64,000 nucleotides of DNA, taken from positions 82,495,270-82,559,269 of the forward strand of contig NC_068984.1 of assembly GCF_001194135.2 (NCBI RefSeq), read 5' to 3'. Of the stretch, positions 1-13,800 are shown in pieces. Made by a program: the position numbers and the translations under genes. The first letter of the stretch is position 1, and every line of letters starts with the position of its first letter. The DNA comes from Octopus bimaculoides. Its lineage: Eukaryota. The notes beneath the pieces were generated by a model. The model had not been told where the DNA came from, did no database searches, and worked only from the letters and a program-made list of their open reading frames with translations.

Positions 1-659
1 TTAGACACACTGTCTCTAATGACTGGGTTGTTATGACTGGAATGGCTTTGATCAAGGCTTTAAAAAGTTATTAACCAATAATCTAAGTTTCAGGTTTTCC
101 AACAAAATTCCCAACATATAATAGGCACATGCCTCTACAATTCAAATTTCAACCTTTATTTAGAGGTTTTTGCCTGAAATTTGGCATTTTTGCTTACCAA
201 TTTATTGAATTACTATAGAAACTGATTTAACAATTTTGCTGTTCTAGTCAGTTCTTCTCATTCTCCTCTTCTCTATCTGTTGTGGCTTTGACATAACTAT
301 AACCGTCAGTTGTATTGGCTGCTAACTTAGTGTAAATTAGAACAATCTTCTCCAACTCTGTCAGTTTATCTGTTGAGCATTTAGTTTGTGTTTAATGCAG
401 AAACACTGCAAAATTGAACACATTTCCAAATGTATTAACAATGTATTGTGTTCATACTCTTTGGAAAATCAAATCTAGGTATGTTTAGCCTAATGATTGA
501 GGTAGATGCCTCAAAAGCACCAAAAATTGGGTCCTGAAATGACTGTTTATCACTTTTGCTTTATATATCTTTCCTTCTCCAAATCTTGCGCTTTCCATTA
601 CATTATGGTTTTGATCCACCCATCCTGGCATGCTAAGTTTAGTATTGTGTATTTTAAAG

Positions 660-709
660 GTGTCCCTCACTATATGTCTGCAAAAAATAGTTTTGCACCA
701 GAAGCTAGT
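660..709 (+). CDS. Candidate small CAD linker exon (GVPHYMSAKNSFAPEAS)
   Basis: Acceptor attttaaag and donor GTAAGT at 710 flank an open frame. The 3' phase (0) does not match the phase-1 start of the 3138 exon unless the alternative donor at 714 or another exon is used. No conserved motif is recognised. Confidence 0.25.
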
Positions 710-1479
710 GTAAGTAAATATTTCCTGTTCTATCGTGAGGACCCTTTTATAGGATCTAGATTGCTCTCCAGAAAGGCATGCCTGTTACTTCATCCCACAT
801 CCTTTGCCTTAAATATGACGCTTTGTGCTAGTAAAAGAAATAATTATGGGTGGTACAAAGTCAAAAGGTGAGTCACTTCCATTTTAGCTTGTAATGTTTA
901 TTAAGCCATGACATCACATCTAAATGCTACCTTTAAAAATCTTATATTCTTTGGATTATAACTAATTTTTTGAGGGGATGGGGAGTAGGGTTTCCTTTTG
1001 TTTTAATTCCTGTTCCCGAATTCCATTTACCTTATTTCTCTCTCCCCTTTTAATTTTTGTATTTTTATCATTTTCATGTCTTAAATATATTTAAAAATAA
1101 ACTCTGTTTTAGTTTTTCTGTATTTCACAAAATTATAAAAATTTCTATTTTTATTTGATTTTATGTTCACTAATGAATTTTTTTTAAAATTTCATACTAA
1201 TTATTTAATATTCCATTCACCAATCCCATCTAGTTTGGTATTGGAGATTTGGGGGACAGGGAAATATTGTAGTAGCTTATCTTTATACCGCAACAAGTCT
1301 CATGTATGTTGTTTGCCAGTGAAACCACTTGGTTGGAGCTTCCTTCTTTTACACACTCAATAGGGGAGAAAACATACTTAGTAAAGTATTCGTGTAACAT
1401 GGTTCTTTTCTACTCCACTGTTAAACCTGAGGAGGAAATCATTAGAGAGGCAGGTATTAAACTTAGATAAAGGACTAAA

Positions 1480-1735
1480 GTGGAGGTGCATGGCCTAGAG
1501 GTTAGGGTATTGGATGCATGCTCATAAGATTGTGGTTTCAATACCTTGACTAGGCAATGTATTGTGTTCTTGAGCAAAACACTTTATTTCGCGATGCTCC
1601 AGTGCACTCAACTAGTATGAGTAATCTTGTGACAGACTGGCATGCCGTCCAGATAGGGAATATATACACCATGGAAACTAGGAAGCTAGCCCTGTGAGTC
1701 TATCTGACTTGAGAAGGATCTTTATCCTTTATTGT
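1480..1735 (+). mobile_element. tRNA-derived SINE (decayed) in CAD intron
   Basis: Head gtggaggtgcatggcctagaggttagggt...ggtttcaatacc with A/B-box-like motifs. Same head family as the 46867-47184 copy, with CpG-to-TpG/CpA changes. Confidence 0.7.
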
Positions 1736-3137
1736 TTGTTAAAGGATTAAAACTCAATACTATATAAGATGTAGTTTAACCCTAGCTCAGCCTGATCTTT
1801 GAAATATGCTTCAGCCATGACCATCCCGTCTTTTTCCAGACTGTATACCCAAGTTTGATTCTTCCTGTTTTGTTTTTTTTAAGATGGTAGGGTGTAGCTT
1901 AAGGGATACTTGGCAGCTTTTTCTAACAGATCTAGTAACTGCATAAAAGTTTCTTTTTGGCTCATGTAAGAGGTGTTTATCACTGTTTGGAATATATTCA
2001 TTTGTATATGGAGTTAGCTTCTCTGTCCACTTCCATTTTCACTCTTACCTCTTAGCTTCTCCCACAAACATTTATGTAGATAAGCTTAGTTGGGAAGGGG
2101 TGAAGTAATAACTGTTTAAATGTCTTTTAATTCTCTAAGCCAAACTAGATTGGAGTTCTTAAGCTCCAAGTCAAACAGTCCTATATGTTCAAAGATGTTC
2201 CATTCGGGACTATCATTTTGTTTTTTTCTTTAGATACCATACTTGGGACAGTTATTCAGTGTATTCTTTGCTTATTTTAAGACAATGGGGTGTAGTTTGA
2301 GGGTGATTTGGTTGGCATATTTAGTTTATTAGCAACCATGTAGAAGTTCCTGTGAGAAGATTAGACTAGAGTGATTTTATAAACCTTTAGGTTTATAGAA
2401 TATGTAAATAGGACGACCTTGAATAAAATTTGAATAAATATAAGGTGCATATTTTGTAACACATTTGAGATTGCTGCTATTTTATGTATTCCAGACATTA
2501 TTGCATTTTGCTGTTGCTGCTATGTAATCACTGTGCTACTTTTTTTTTTCTGTACTTTTAGAAATCTTATTTATTATTAATGCTAAAGCAACTGTTACTA
2601 ACCTATTTTCATTTGATTTAAAAATGCTTTCATTATGATTGGTGCCATTGTAAATCCACTGCTAACATTTGCTGTTGTAAACTGCATTCCTACAGTCACT
2701 CATCCACACCAAGTTATTTTGCCAAGTTTTTGACAAAGTCAAATCACAGTGGCATGGACAGCATATTTTAGTCATTTTCTAATAGGCTCATATTAACTGC
2801 TTTGAGCCAAGGATCTTGTATGTAAAAGCTTCAAAGCAACTGGTAAGCAGAGGTAATTTCTTAATACAAATTTAACAAGGCTGGCTTTCAAATATCTTCT
2901 ATATTTTCTAACCAAACGATTTTTGCAGTTTTAATTTTAAAATGCTTTGACATTTTGTGTAATGTCTATTCATTTATTTGAACTTGTTACTTTCCATTTC
3001 TTGTTTCTGTTTGTCTTGGTAAACTGAAACTAACAATGGAAAGAAGCTTCATCTTCAAATGAATGAATAAGTGTATGTATAATATATGTCCTTCCAGTGT
3101 GTACATAAATTTTTTTTTATGCTTTTGTTTTTAACAG

Positions 3138-3304
3138 AACCTATCCTCAGAGAGTATACTGGAAGTGCATTGCCTTGTAGCGATCTTCTGGCCAAGAAAG
3201 ACCAGGCTGTTGCTCAACCTGCTCCATACTTGTTCACACCCCCTGTTCACTCAGGTTTGACCGGTCATCATATTCTTAATGTTCAATCATTCCACAAGGA
3301 ACAG
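3138..3304 (+). CDS. CAD: CAD exon (linker end / ATCase start: ...[17 protein letters not shown])
   Basis: Acceptor ttttaacag ends at 3137 and donor GTAACT starts at 3305. The peptide matches CAD L.G.HILSV.QF.K.Q. Confidence 0.9.
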
Positions 3305-6300
3305 GTAACTTCTAATTGTTATATAAAATGTTTATAACCTATTGTGACACCATCTTCCTTCACTCTCTGTCTTACTGCCTCATTTTTCTGACATTTAAGC
3401 TTTCAATTTAACACATTAATTTTCTAGAGAAACAACCCCCTTTGAAACTTGGGGTGTTACACCCCAAGTTAAATGTTGGAAACCAGTATGGAATTTAAAG
3501 ATGGTTTTTACTCGATTATCCTTCACTTCCAGTTTACATTTTTACAATTACATTCATTAGTGTTGGTCGTTAACAAAAATGTTATTTGAATTCTAGCATA
3601 ACACTAGTTACACTAATAATAATAATAATAATAATAATAGATCGCCACCCTAGCTATGTTGATCAATTTATTTCTGGAAAAAATACTCCAATTTTTCTGT
3701 TTTATGGTTGGGGAAGTTTAATGTTAAGAAGGACATCTGCACAATTGTCAGCTCAACCTATACTGTTAATTACAAATTCAACTTAAGGTGTGTAGTTTCT
3801 AATTCTTAGTAATGTCTATAAAATAGATTCTTATATTCACACAAGTGTGTCATCAGTATTTGAATTAATCCTATGTGCTGGATGTGTTTTATTGTTTTGG
3901 GAGATTTTAAAAGTAAAATCAACCTCAGAATATAGAGACATGTATCCGGATACACAAAAGCCCTTATCTAACAACCCAGTGTGTCTACCATTGACTATTT
4001 TTTTCATATATATACTATCATTAAACAAATTTTTAACATTAGTATGATATTGTAAACATTTGGAGAATGTCGTCAATTTAATTGAACCTGGCATTTGACC
4101 AGTACATATTTAATCAGTTGTGGAAGATTGAAATATAAAATCATTCAAACAAAGTTCCTTAGGATTTGGACCCACTATACATAGGGACATACCAAAGCAT
4201 ATTTTAAATGTGTTCTTAAACAATTTCTGCAATTAGCTGTATAACATATATTGAGATTACAATTTTGGTGCTTTAAAGTTGTAATATTCCTTCCATCAGT
4301 GCCTAGCAGCATTGCTTTCCTGCGAGCTATGTACAAATGTTTAGCAGAACCTATTTCAGTTTGTCACTTTTAATCTTTTCCTTGCTTGTATAACATTTTC
4401 AAGACTGTAAGCTTTTATTTTGTCTAATTTCAGTTGCATCAACTGTTTAATCAGGCTCATAATTACCGGATGTCTGTACAGAGAGATAGGGCCCTTGATC
4501 ATATACTTAAGGTATGTAAACTTTTGTTGTTCAGTCCTGGGTCTCTCATGGTACATTAGACCTTGTAATCCAAGGCTATCCAATCAAGACCAACTCTTTT
4601 TTTTCCAGGTATAGTGTGATTAGAAATTATCTAACCTGCTTAAGTTATCCAGATTTAAATGATAAAATGGCTTCTTTTCTTTAGCTCTTATTCTCCTTTT
4701 CTCTTGTGTGTATATATTTACTTATGTTAATTGATTCCTTTTAACCCACAGGGTAAGGTGATGGCTTCCATGTTCTATGAAGTCAGCACTCGGACCAGCT
4801 GTTCCTTTGGTGCCGCCATGCAAAGACTTGGTGGGTCAGTGATCACATTCAATGAAGCTACTTCCTCAGTACAGAAGGGTGAAACTCTTGAAGACACAGT
4901 GCAGACCATGTCTGGTTATGCTGATGTTATTGTGTTACGACATCCCAAGCCTGGTGCAGTTATGAAAGCTGCTCAGCATTGTCGCAAACCTGTGATCAAT
5001 GCAGGAGATGGCACTGGAGAACATCCTACTCAAGCACTACTCGATGTTTTTACCATCCGAGAAGAAATTGGTACTGTCAATGGCCTTACTGTAAGTATAC
5101 TTTATGTTGCAAATACAATAATCCTGCTTTCTTTGTTGAAATGGTCAGATATTTTGGAAAGTTTCGTGAATATCCTGAAGATTAATCTGACTTGTTTCTG
5201 GCATTGTACAAAAAAAAAATCATTATTGCCATGACATAACAATCGAATAGTGTTGTTTAATCCCAGATCAACCTTGATTGAGCAAACCTATGATCGAAGG
5301 CATTCCTTATTGGCTTGCCAGTTGAATAGTAGAAATCTGTGTGCAGTAATAAATGTATTGCTACATTGTATTAAATTCTGATGTGGGTGATGAAATATAT
5401 AAGAAGTACCATTAACATACTATGGTTGATTCAGTTGGACTAACTTTTCATCACAGCAAAAATTGTGGGCTGTACTAATGTGAAAAGTTATTAGAATTGT
5501 GAGTAGGATTGGAGGTGAATGAAACAAGAGTCCTAGTTAACCCATTTTGTAATGGGGAGATAAAGAGAGATTGTGGTTAATTACTACTTTTTGAGTACTG
5601 TGTGCCTATGATCTGAATTCAAAATAAGTACTAATAATGTACTAGATGGTTGATTCAACAGTTCTCTTGTTGTTTTCTTGCATAAACAAAGCGCAATGCC
5701 TCAGATTTAGGGCTTAACTAAATACCACAAGGCATTTTGTCTGCCAGTCCATCACCTTCCTGGAATAAGCAATTATTTTAACTTTTTCATTACTAACTCG
5801 ACTGTAGCCAGCTGAGAAATTTTCTGGCATATGTTACCAACCCAGCCAAGATAACTTTGTCATATTTAAATGAGAATTTTAGTGCAAATCTTGTTAGTAC
5901 ATTCATGAACACGTGATTTTATTATGTAAGCAATTTTGGTGCACTGTATATATCTGAGTGCTGCAAATTTTTGGAGAAATTTTTTTCCACTTCAATTTTC
6001 TAAAATGTTTCACTATGGCTGAAAATTTAAAATAAAATTAGCTGTTTTATGAAACCAATCTAAATGCACAATTATTTTAGAATTTAATTGAAACACATAA
6101 GAGATGTATTTTGGTTAGAAATGTATTGATAAATAGTAGTTAGTTATTGCTAGTTTGCTGTAGTTGGTTGTAGGGGAAAAGTCTTCAGAGATAAAGAACC
6201 TTTTGTCCTTTAGTCACCCAACCAATATCCTGGCATTACTTTCTGAACTTCTTGATACTGTTCATGTTGCCACACTTGCAACTTAACTTCAGTGAAATTA

Positions 6301-6348
6301 CCTGATAAGTATCTGTTCATACTTCATGACTGACTGAATATCAAAAGT

Positions 6349-6409
<61 letters not shown>

Positions 6410-9400
6410 AGCTTGAAACCTGCTCATATATGATGCCAAAAGTTGAATCGTACTATGTTTCAGTAATCCATGAATGAATGGTTTTTTTTTTTTTTTTTTC
6501 CCCTCCATTTCAGATTACCATGGTAGGTGATTTACGAAATGGCCGTACTGTCCACTCATTAGCTCGAATTTTGACCCTCTACCGTGTCAATCTCTGTTAT
6601 ATTTCCCCACCAACTCTTGAAATGCCAACCGATGTACAAGAATATGTTAGATCCAAAGGAATCACTCAGGTATACTTTTTTTTCTTTTTATCATGCCCCA
6701 TAAAAGTATACTTCTAGGAAAATTTCAAAAAATATGGTTGTGAATGACTGTGCTATAGTGGCTTTTTATATATATCAAATTTCAAGCAATTAAGCACAAA
6801 AAAGTAGATGCCTTTTTTTTATTGAAAGTAAAAATTCTATAAAAGAAATAAACTATAGAAATACTATGAAAAAGAAAATCACTGTCATCAAAAGTACATG
6901 AATATTAAAACTAGATCATAACAAATAACCATTTTAAAAGAAACAAACTCGATAAGGTTCATAGCTCTTCCTTTCCCAAATTGAAGCATTGTTTGAATAA
7001 AAATTTGTAAATGAATGTGCCATGAAAGATTGCATAAAATTATGTTGTATAATTTTGAAAAGTTTATCAAAGAAATATCTGTAGTAAAAGTCAGGAGCAT
7101 CCCAACGATGTAAAGAAAAGCAAACGATACAAAACAATTTTTCTTTATTTGTTTAAGCTTCATATCTGATGTAATTTGCATGTGTTCTCTCATTGCAGAC
7201 AGCCTTCAATTCTTTAACTGATATAATTGCCGATACAGATGTTCTCTACATTACCCGAATACAGAAGGAACGTTTCAGTAGCCTTGTAGATTATGAAAAG
7301 GTATGTCATTTTCAATTTTCTTTTTAAGTCTCAAGTCTGCTTACATTTAGACTTAGTATATTTAGGACATTATCTAATGTATATTTTTTTAGTGTAGCTT
7401 GGAGGGTAATTTAGCTGCTGTTTTTAACAAATGAAATGATCGTTTTTGGAGTTTTTGTCTTTGTGCTATACAGAAGTTAACTAGATTTTCAGAGTTTAGT
7501 CTTATCCTCCTGCATTTCATCCATATTTTGTTAGTGAGTAAGTTGACTTTAAAAACCTTGTATGGGTGCAATGGATATTACATAAGGACAAAAACTCTAT
7601 TAATTTTGTCCCTTCTCCTTCTTCCTAGAAGAATTACCTTAGGCTTGTGATGTTCTGATTTCAGATCCATCTTAGGTTGACTGTCTTTCATTATTTTCCT
7701 GAAACTGGTGATTCTGTGCCTTTCGACAGAATCATTTGCTCATCAGACAAACCCGTGAGATATTTCTTAGGTTCTGAGTTCAAATCCCACCAAGATCAAA
7801 TTTGTCTTTCATCCTTCCAGGATCAATAAAATAAAGTATTAGTCCTTCTTTTCATATGCCATATTTATAGGTATTACCAATCACGGATCCCCTCCCCTAC
7901 CTAAGCCTGAAGATTAGTATTTTTCTTGGGAAAGCTAGAGCAGTGTTTTCCAGTTACCCTTTACCAGTTTATGTACAGTTTATTCTGCAAGTCTTCTGTT
8001 TGCCTAAGCTTACTCTTGAGATACATGGCCTATTTAATCTTTAGGCAGTGGTAACTAAGGGATAACTCTGAATTCCTGTTGTGGATCTGCATCACTAGAT
8101 GCAGTTTAATCTCTTACCCAGCACAATCAAGTCAAGGGTTTGATATAGTCAACTATTACATTCCCCAAAATTTCTAGTTTTATACCTTTATCTGAAATTG
8201 TAACAACTGGGAAGATATTGTGCTAGAGAAAACCTCTCCAATCCCTACAAGCTTGGAAAAAACATTAAAAATGGTGTTGCTGTTGCAAATGGTAAAATAC
8301 CAGAGTAAAAATGTTTTTCAAAATATACCGTATTTTAACATGTATAAGGAACCCTTTTTTAGGTTAAAAAAATATGGGAGTTTCTTATACATGGATAGTA
8401 TTACAAAAACTTTTTTCCAAATATTAAGCCCCCAAAATTAGGGGGTTCTTTATACACGTTAAAATATGGTAGCTCTGAGTTGAAATTCTGACATGTTTGA
8501 TCTAGTATGTTGTGTTTTGAGAGTGATATAAATTGGCTTGTCATATATTACAGTTTTAATTGACTAATGCATTCTAATGATACAATATGTACCTTTTAAT
8601 TGATTTGCAGCAGCTGTAGACTCAGGCACACTTAACCCCAAATAGTGTGATGGATACAGTTTATATTTAATTTAGAATTTCTGGGTGCTTAGACTAGTTA
8701 TTCTTAAACTTTTTCCACTGGCTACGGCAAAACTTTTAAAATGAAGTTTAAAGTGGGTGGGTGTGAGTATTTTGGGTGTATTGAGTATTTTGGGTGAGCT
8801 TGGTATTCAGTTCAGAGGAGCAGGAACTTAAATAATAGTAAAGATAACTAAACTAGAAAGTGGATACTGTGTATAAGTAAATTAGTGATTAGATGTTGAG
8901 TGAATGTTAACTAATCTTTTTAAAAATCTAATCTAAAATGTTTGCATGTGTGCAGTAGTTGCTGCATTCAAGATATAGAAACAAAATGTTTTCCATGATT
9001 GAATTTTTCCTATTTTTCCTTTGTAGGCATGTGGACAGATTATTTTGACTCCAGAACTAATGACTAAAGCTAAAAAGAAGATGGTGGTTATGCATCCCTT
9101 ACCCAGAGTTAATGAAATCAGGTTAGCATCTGTTTTGTTTCTTTCCTTTTCTATATAGTCCAGTTGCAGTTGGCCATGTGGTTAAAAGTTTGCTTCATTA
9201 TTACATGGTTTCATGTCCAGTCCCAGTGTGCAGCATCTTGGGCAACTTACAACTTAGTTTTTACTGTGAGTGAATCTGTGCAGACGAATTGTGTAGTAGC
9301 TTGTTGGATGAACTGTAACTGTTCATACCCTATCCCATTTTCTGAAATAAGCTATGCCACACCCCACCTTGAGAAACACTACTTTAGATATCTTCAGAAG

Positions 9401-10180
9401 AAATAAAAGCTTTCATTGACTTGCTGAACTCCAATATTACTGTACGTTTAGTTTAAAGAGGAACTCACCTAAAGTCAATAAGACTAATTACCCTTTGAGG
9501 GATACATGGTTCTAGCAAAATTGCAGACTGAGAGATTAATTTTGGTTGAGTATGTTTTTTTAGAGGGCCAAAATATACTGCTAGCAATTTTTAAATTACA
9601 AAATTCCTGTCAGAGAGCTTTATGGTGTTGGAGTTTTATAAGACTTGCATTTTCTGAGTTAATGATAATTTAGCTAGCTGTATTATTAGATTTAGTAAAG
9701 CTGCTGATCTTGCCATGGGTATGGACTAATTGAGAATGTGTATTGGCTTGTGTTGAGTGTACAGGTGTTGCATTTTGGTTTACTCTTTATACAAAAAGAA
9801 TTGCCAATAATTATACAAGAACTACTTCTTGTCTGGATCAGATTATAGGGTAAAATATTTGAGCTTCAAAAGTTTGATCGCATGTAGTGAGGTAAGGACA
9901 GAAGTGAGTAATTAATGTTTATTCTTAGGAAGTACCAAATCCAGTACGGGTGCTTGACATTATTGACTAGTCATCCCTCTTTTCAAAACTACCAGCCTTG
10001 TGCCTAAGCTAGAAACAATTGATGTTTGTTCTTATATAACATTATTGATTTTTAATGTCATCATTCTTGCATTTCAGTACTGCTCTGGATTCTGACCCGC
10101 GTGCTGCATACTTCCGCCAGGCCGAGAATGGTATGTTTGTTCGGATGGCTCTTCTTGCCATGACACTTGGAAGGGCTTAA
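3138..10180 (+). CDS. CAD: CAD (CPS II/ATCase/dihydroorotase) 3' part, spliced: join(3138..3304,4434..4511,4752..5090,6514..6669,7199..7300,9027..9121,10078..10180); 5' exons not identified
   Basis: Seven GT-AG exons join in frame (junction phases 0,0,0,0,0,2) into a full ATCase domain with the motifs [65 protein letters not shown] and [10 protein letters not shown], ending at TAA 10178-10180. The upstream linker-like sequence (EPILREY...TPPVHSGL) indicates the multifunctional animal CAD rather than a stand-alone pyrB. Confidence 0.97.
4434..4511 (+). CDS. CAD: CAD exon ([26 protein letters not shown])
   Basis: Acceptor aatttcag, donor GTATGT at 4512; 78 nt, phase 0/0. Not represented in the supplied ORF track in this frame. 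Confidence 0.92.
4752..5090 (+). CDS. CAD: CAD exon ([15 protein letters not shown]...GTVNGLT)
   Basis: Acceptor cccacag, donor GTAAGT at 5091. Contains the carbamoyl-phosphate-binding STRT and HPTQ motifs. Confidence 0.97.
6351..6406 (+). repeat. Poly(T) tract (about 55 nt) in CAD intron
   Basis: Uninterrupted T run read directly. Confidence 0.9.
6514..6669 (+). CDS. CAD: CAD exon ([16 protein letters not shown]...SKGITQ)
   Basis: Long polypyrimidine tract plus cag acceptor, donor GTATAC at 6670; 52 codons. Confidence 0.96.
7199..7300 (+). CDS. CAD: CAD exon ([34 protein letters not shown])
   Basis: Acceptor cattgcag, donor GTATGT at 7301; 34 codons. Confidence 0.96.
7738..7850 (+). mobile_element. 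SINE fragment
   Basis: gttctgagttcaaatcccacc...tttgtctttcatccttccaggatcaataaaataaagta matches the SINE family seen at 58320 and, reversed, at 14935, 18981 and 42920. Confidence 0.65.
8328..8469. mobile_element. Tigger/pogo-type MITE (142 bp) with TA TSD
   Basis: TIRs CCGTATTTTAACATGTATAAGGAACC / GGTTCTTTATACACGTTAAAATATGG, flanked by TA on both sides. Confidence 0.8.
9027..9121 (+). CDS. CAD: CAD exon ([32 protein letters not shown])
   Basis: Acceptor cctttgtag, donor GTTAGC at 9122; ends in phase 2. Confidence 0.96.
10078..10180 (+). CDS. CAD: CAD terminal coding exon ([33 protein letters not shown])
   Basis: Acceptor atttcag; the phase 2 start completes Ser; canonical CAD C-terminus; stop TAA. 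Confidence 0.97.
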
Positions 10181-10544
10181 AACTATTATATATACACACA
10201 TGCATATATGAATTTATAAATTAGAGCTTACAACAATGAAACAAAGTGACCTAACCTGATTTATTTACTGTTATACTACCAAATTAACACTTCTATTTCA
10301 AAAGATCATGATGATAAAAAAAAATTATGAAAAAATTACATACTGGGATCAGTTGTTTCTTGTATTTTTTTATTTGTTAACAGGTTGAATGTTCCCACAT
10401 TTTTGCACATTCATTAAATCATTTTTTTTATTTGTGCCCACTCCCACACACGTTTTACTCCTTTACTGATTTGAACCTGTTGGTTGTGGTCATACTATGG
10501 TACTGCTATATATGTACATATTTTTAAAGATGCTTGTACAACTA

Positions 10545-10869
10545 CAGGGTGGTCACCAGAAAAGTGGAAAATTTGTGAAATGCTGATTTATATTTTCACA
10601 AGATCTATTTGAGGTAAAAAAAAAAGTTGCAAAGTTGCAACAACAGTATCAAATTGATGCCTTGTGATAGTTGAAAAAAAAAGTTCAGTAACATAACTAA
10701 ACAAGTCAGATTTGATGTGAGGTTCACTCAGAAGCAAATGACATCAATGCTTATGATTACGCGCTCATTCGATAACAGAAACCACCTATCATCAAGCAAT
10801 TTATTGATGACCTAATTAATGCTTGTTAGTTTTGCCTTCAAATTTTCTGCTTTTCTAATGACCACCCTG
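10545..10869. mobile_element. Tc1/mariner-type MITE (325 bp) with TA TSD, just 3' of the CAD stop
   Basis: TIRs CAGGGTGGTCA...TGACCACCCTG, with TA immediately outside both ends. Confidence 0.8.
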
Positions 10870-13800
10870 TATATATGGCTTGCTATGAAATGAATGTAAC
10901 CAATATGGCACCTATTTAAAAGCTGGGCTGATGAATGACAAAGTATCATAATGTACCTTGTATCAGTTGGCTTAACCAAAATGCCATTATTGCCTTAGTA
11001 TGCAGAGAAATAATTTCATTCCAAATGTATCTTACATTGTTATCTATGGTTCAGCAGACTTAATGTATGAGAGAAGACTGTTGAAACACTAACATAAAAT
11101 AGTTATAGCTGACTGCTTGCTTACTAGGGTCAGCAGTTCACATTGCTAAAAACGCAAGAACATTTTTACCTTGGACAGAGTTCACTCTGTTGCATGCAGT
11201 TTTCCTGCCCATCCACCTGTTACCCAGGATAGTTGAGCATCAATCGCATCAATCTAGAAGACACTGATATGATTATGGAGCTTTGCTTCTCATTCTCTAA
11301 TAAATTTATTTAAAATAAAACAAACTTACACCTGCAGATTTACACAAGTACTTACAGAACATGTCTTGGAAATATTAAATTTAAGATTATAAAAGGATAA
11401 CATAGTAAACTGGTTTTCAGTAGAGATGAATAAAATGAGTAGTGAGCTGATAGTGTTGATATAATTGAAAGCCCAAGACCTTTGAAAAAAGTACAGCATG
11501 CTACTGTAAAAAAGCAGGAAAACATGTATAATTGATGCATGATGCTTATTTGTTTAGAGTTCTAAAACTAAAATCCTGCAGTAGGCTTAATTAAGAAAAT
11601 GTATGAAGTTTGCCATGTAGAATTGCTTCACATGAAGTTTGTGATTAGTCTTCAGAGATGTTCTAACAGCATCAGTTCTATAAAAATGAAACCTGAACAA
11701 TAACAGAAACACTAGCAGCAGAGATACTTGTTGGACATCATTCTCTTATATCCTCAAAGTTATCCTTCAGCAGCACATATCAAGAAAACATCATTAAACA
11801 ACAGCATGCAACTGGATATTGGATGCTAAAAATGCAAGGTGTTATTGTCTCTTATGGTAAGCACACATCCTTAACTTTAGCAAAAAGGCTGAAGTATTTC
11901 CAGTAACTACAAACCTATAAATTCCAGGCTAGATCTACCATGAAGTACTGATCCAATATCTCTAAAAATAAATAAATAAATGGCCATCCAACTGACTAGT
12001 ATAAAAATGCTTTACAGTGGCTCCTTGGAGTTGGCTGGTGATGATCATACCTGTGTTAAGGCCCTAGATTAACCACTACCCAGAATGTCAGTCCTTTGGA
12101 ATTCCTTTACATACTAGTATCTACTGTAACCATTGACTTAGAACTATTCAAGAACATAATTGTGTTCATCTTCCAGACCAAACCAATGTAAAATATATAT
12201 CATACTTTTTATCAAAATTTCAAGTTAGTGTTGTGGTAACTTTATGAAAATATATTTCTCAAGTTAAAAGAGGATCTAACTAGATAAAATATTAAACTTA
12301 GTGAAGCAGCTACCCTGGACACTAGTAATGACTGGTAACCAAAGTTGATCGACCAGTACTGAGGGCACATCATCTCTTATATTGTGGACTGCTCCCTAAG
12401 GAAATAAGCTGCAAAAGGATAATCAGGAAATTGTTTATATACTAAGCAGCTACATACACAAAACAGTAGTCTCAACTCTATCAATCAGCACCTTGAAAGC
12501 CACATCATTTAAAAATTAATAAGTAACAAAACAATAGACCACAGAAGGCACTGCTTGCAAGCAGATTGCTAGATACATGCCTTATAACTTGGGACTCAGC
12601 AGATGCTTTGAAGGGGACTTTATGCACCTGTATCACAAGAAATGTAATGCTCACAGTGGTCATTACCTCTTTATGGTGTCCAGACTATAACATAGATAAG
12701 GATATACTTTGATCCTGTAGTAGTCTTGAAAAAGAAGAGATCCACCCATTGGATAATGCCCAAGATATGCAATGCCTGATAGAAAAGTCTTGGAGTGTAA
12801 TAGATGGTAGTTAAGTTAGTTTTAGGTTGCATATAATGAATGCTCAACACTTGTCACAATTCTTAATTCAAGACCAACTTATTTGTGTGGTAAAATAAAA
12901 TTCTGGAAATTGTTCACAACAAAGTTTACACTCTGGAAAAACAATTATGTAGCTCTTGCAAAAGGCTCTATAATTAAACTGCCATGGTGAGAAAATATAC
13001 ATACTGGGTTCATGTCAGCAAACTGTAGCTGCATGTCTAGGTTGAGTGAGAGTTATAATAATGACTGTTAAAAGCAGCAAAATGAATGCTATTTCCTTAT
13101 GGAGGGAAGTTGTTGGTTGGCTGGAAACAAGGTGCAAGAGCATGGAACGTGTTCCTTCTGTGTGCACTCAAAGTATGCAGATAAACTTCCACTTCGGACT
13201 TTTGCCATTCTTGTGGTGGTGGTGGAGTTCTGATGAACAGGAAATGGTGGTCACAGGAAAAGATAAAAAATTCTGGCTGTTAGTGAATTGGAAGAAAAGG
13301 ATTCTCTTGACATTGCTGAGCAGATTTAACTAATTTGAGGAAAATGAAAGGTAAGCTCTTAGTCAATGGAAGTCATTGTCATTGCGGTAAGAAAAACATG
13401 TAGGCTTCTTGCACCTCTGACTTGACTTGATTTCTTGGACAGGCTGTTACTATACAAATTTTTGGATAGTGGCTGAAAATTTATGCAGTAAAGAAAACTG
13501 GTTTTCAACAATTCCAGTTAGACATTCTTGAATGGAATAGCAGTAAAACTGATTTGTCTAGGTTACCAGGACTGTACATAGCTATTGTTACTGGTATATA
13601 GAAATGGTTTACAACTCTGGTCACCAATTACTCATGATTGCTGGTTGTTGGCTTCAATGGGTGCCCAGTACTTAATATATCTACATGTTTGCTTTGTTGT
13701 AGGACACCAGTTGTCATTATGTGTAATAGATGGGATGGTTGTGGCTGTAGTGCTTTTGATCATAGGTCTGCTGTGGCAGAGCTGACCTGGGCTAAACAAC

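Noticed and set aside
506-871. 121-aa ORF upstream of the CAD exons
   Set aside because: No recognisable domain. At most a 50-54-nt internal piece could be an exon; the rest looks intronic.
3446-3470. Perfect small hairpin aacttggggtg-tta-caccccaagtt in a CAD intron
   Set aside because: Too short to assign; likely the centre of a decayed hAT-type MITE. No box motifs of a known ncRNA.
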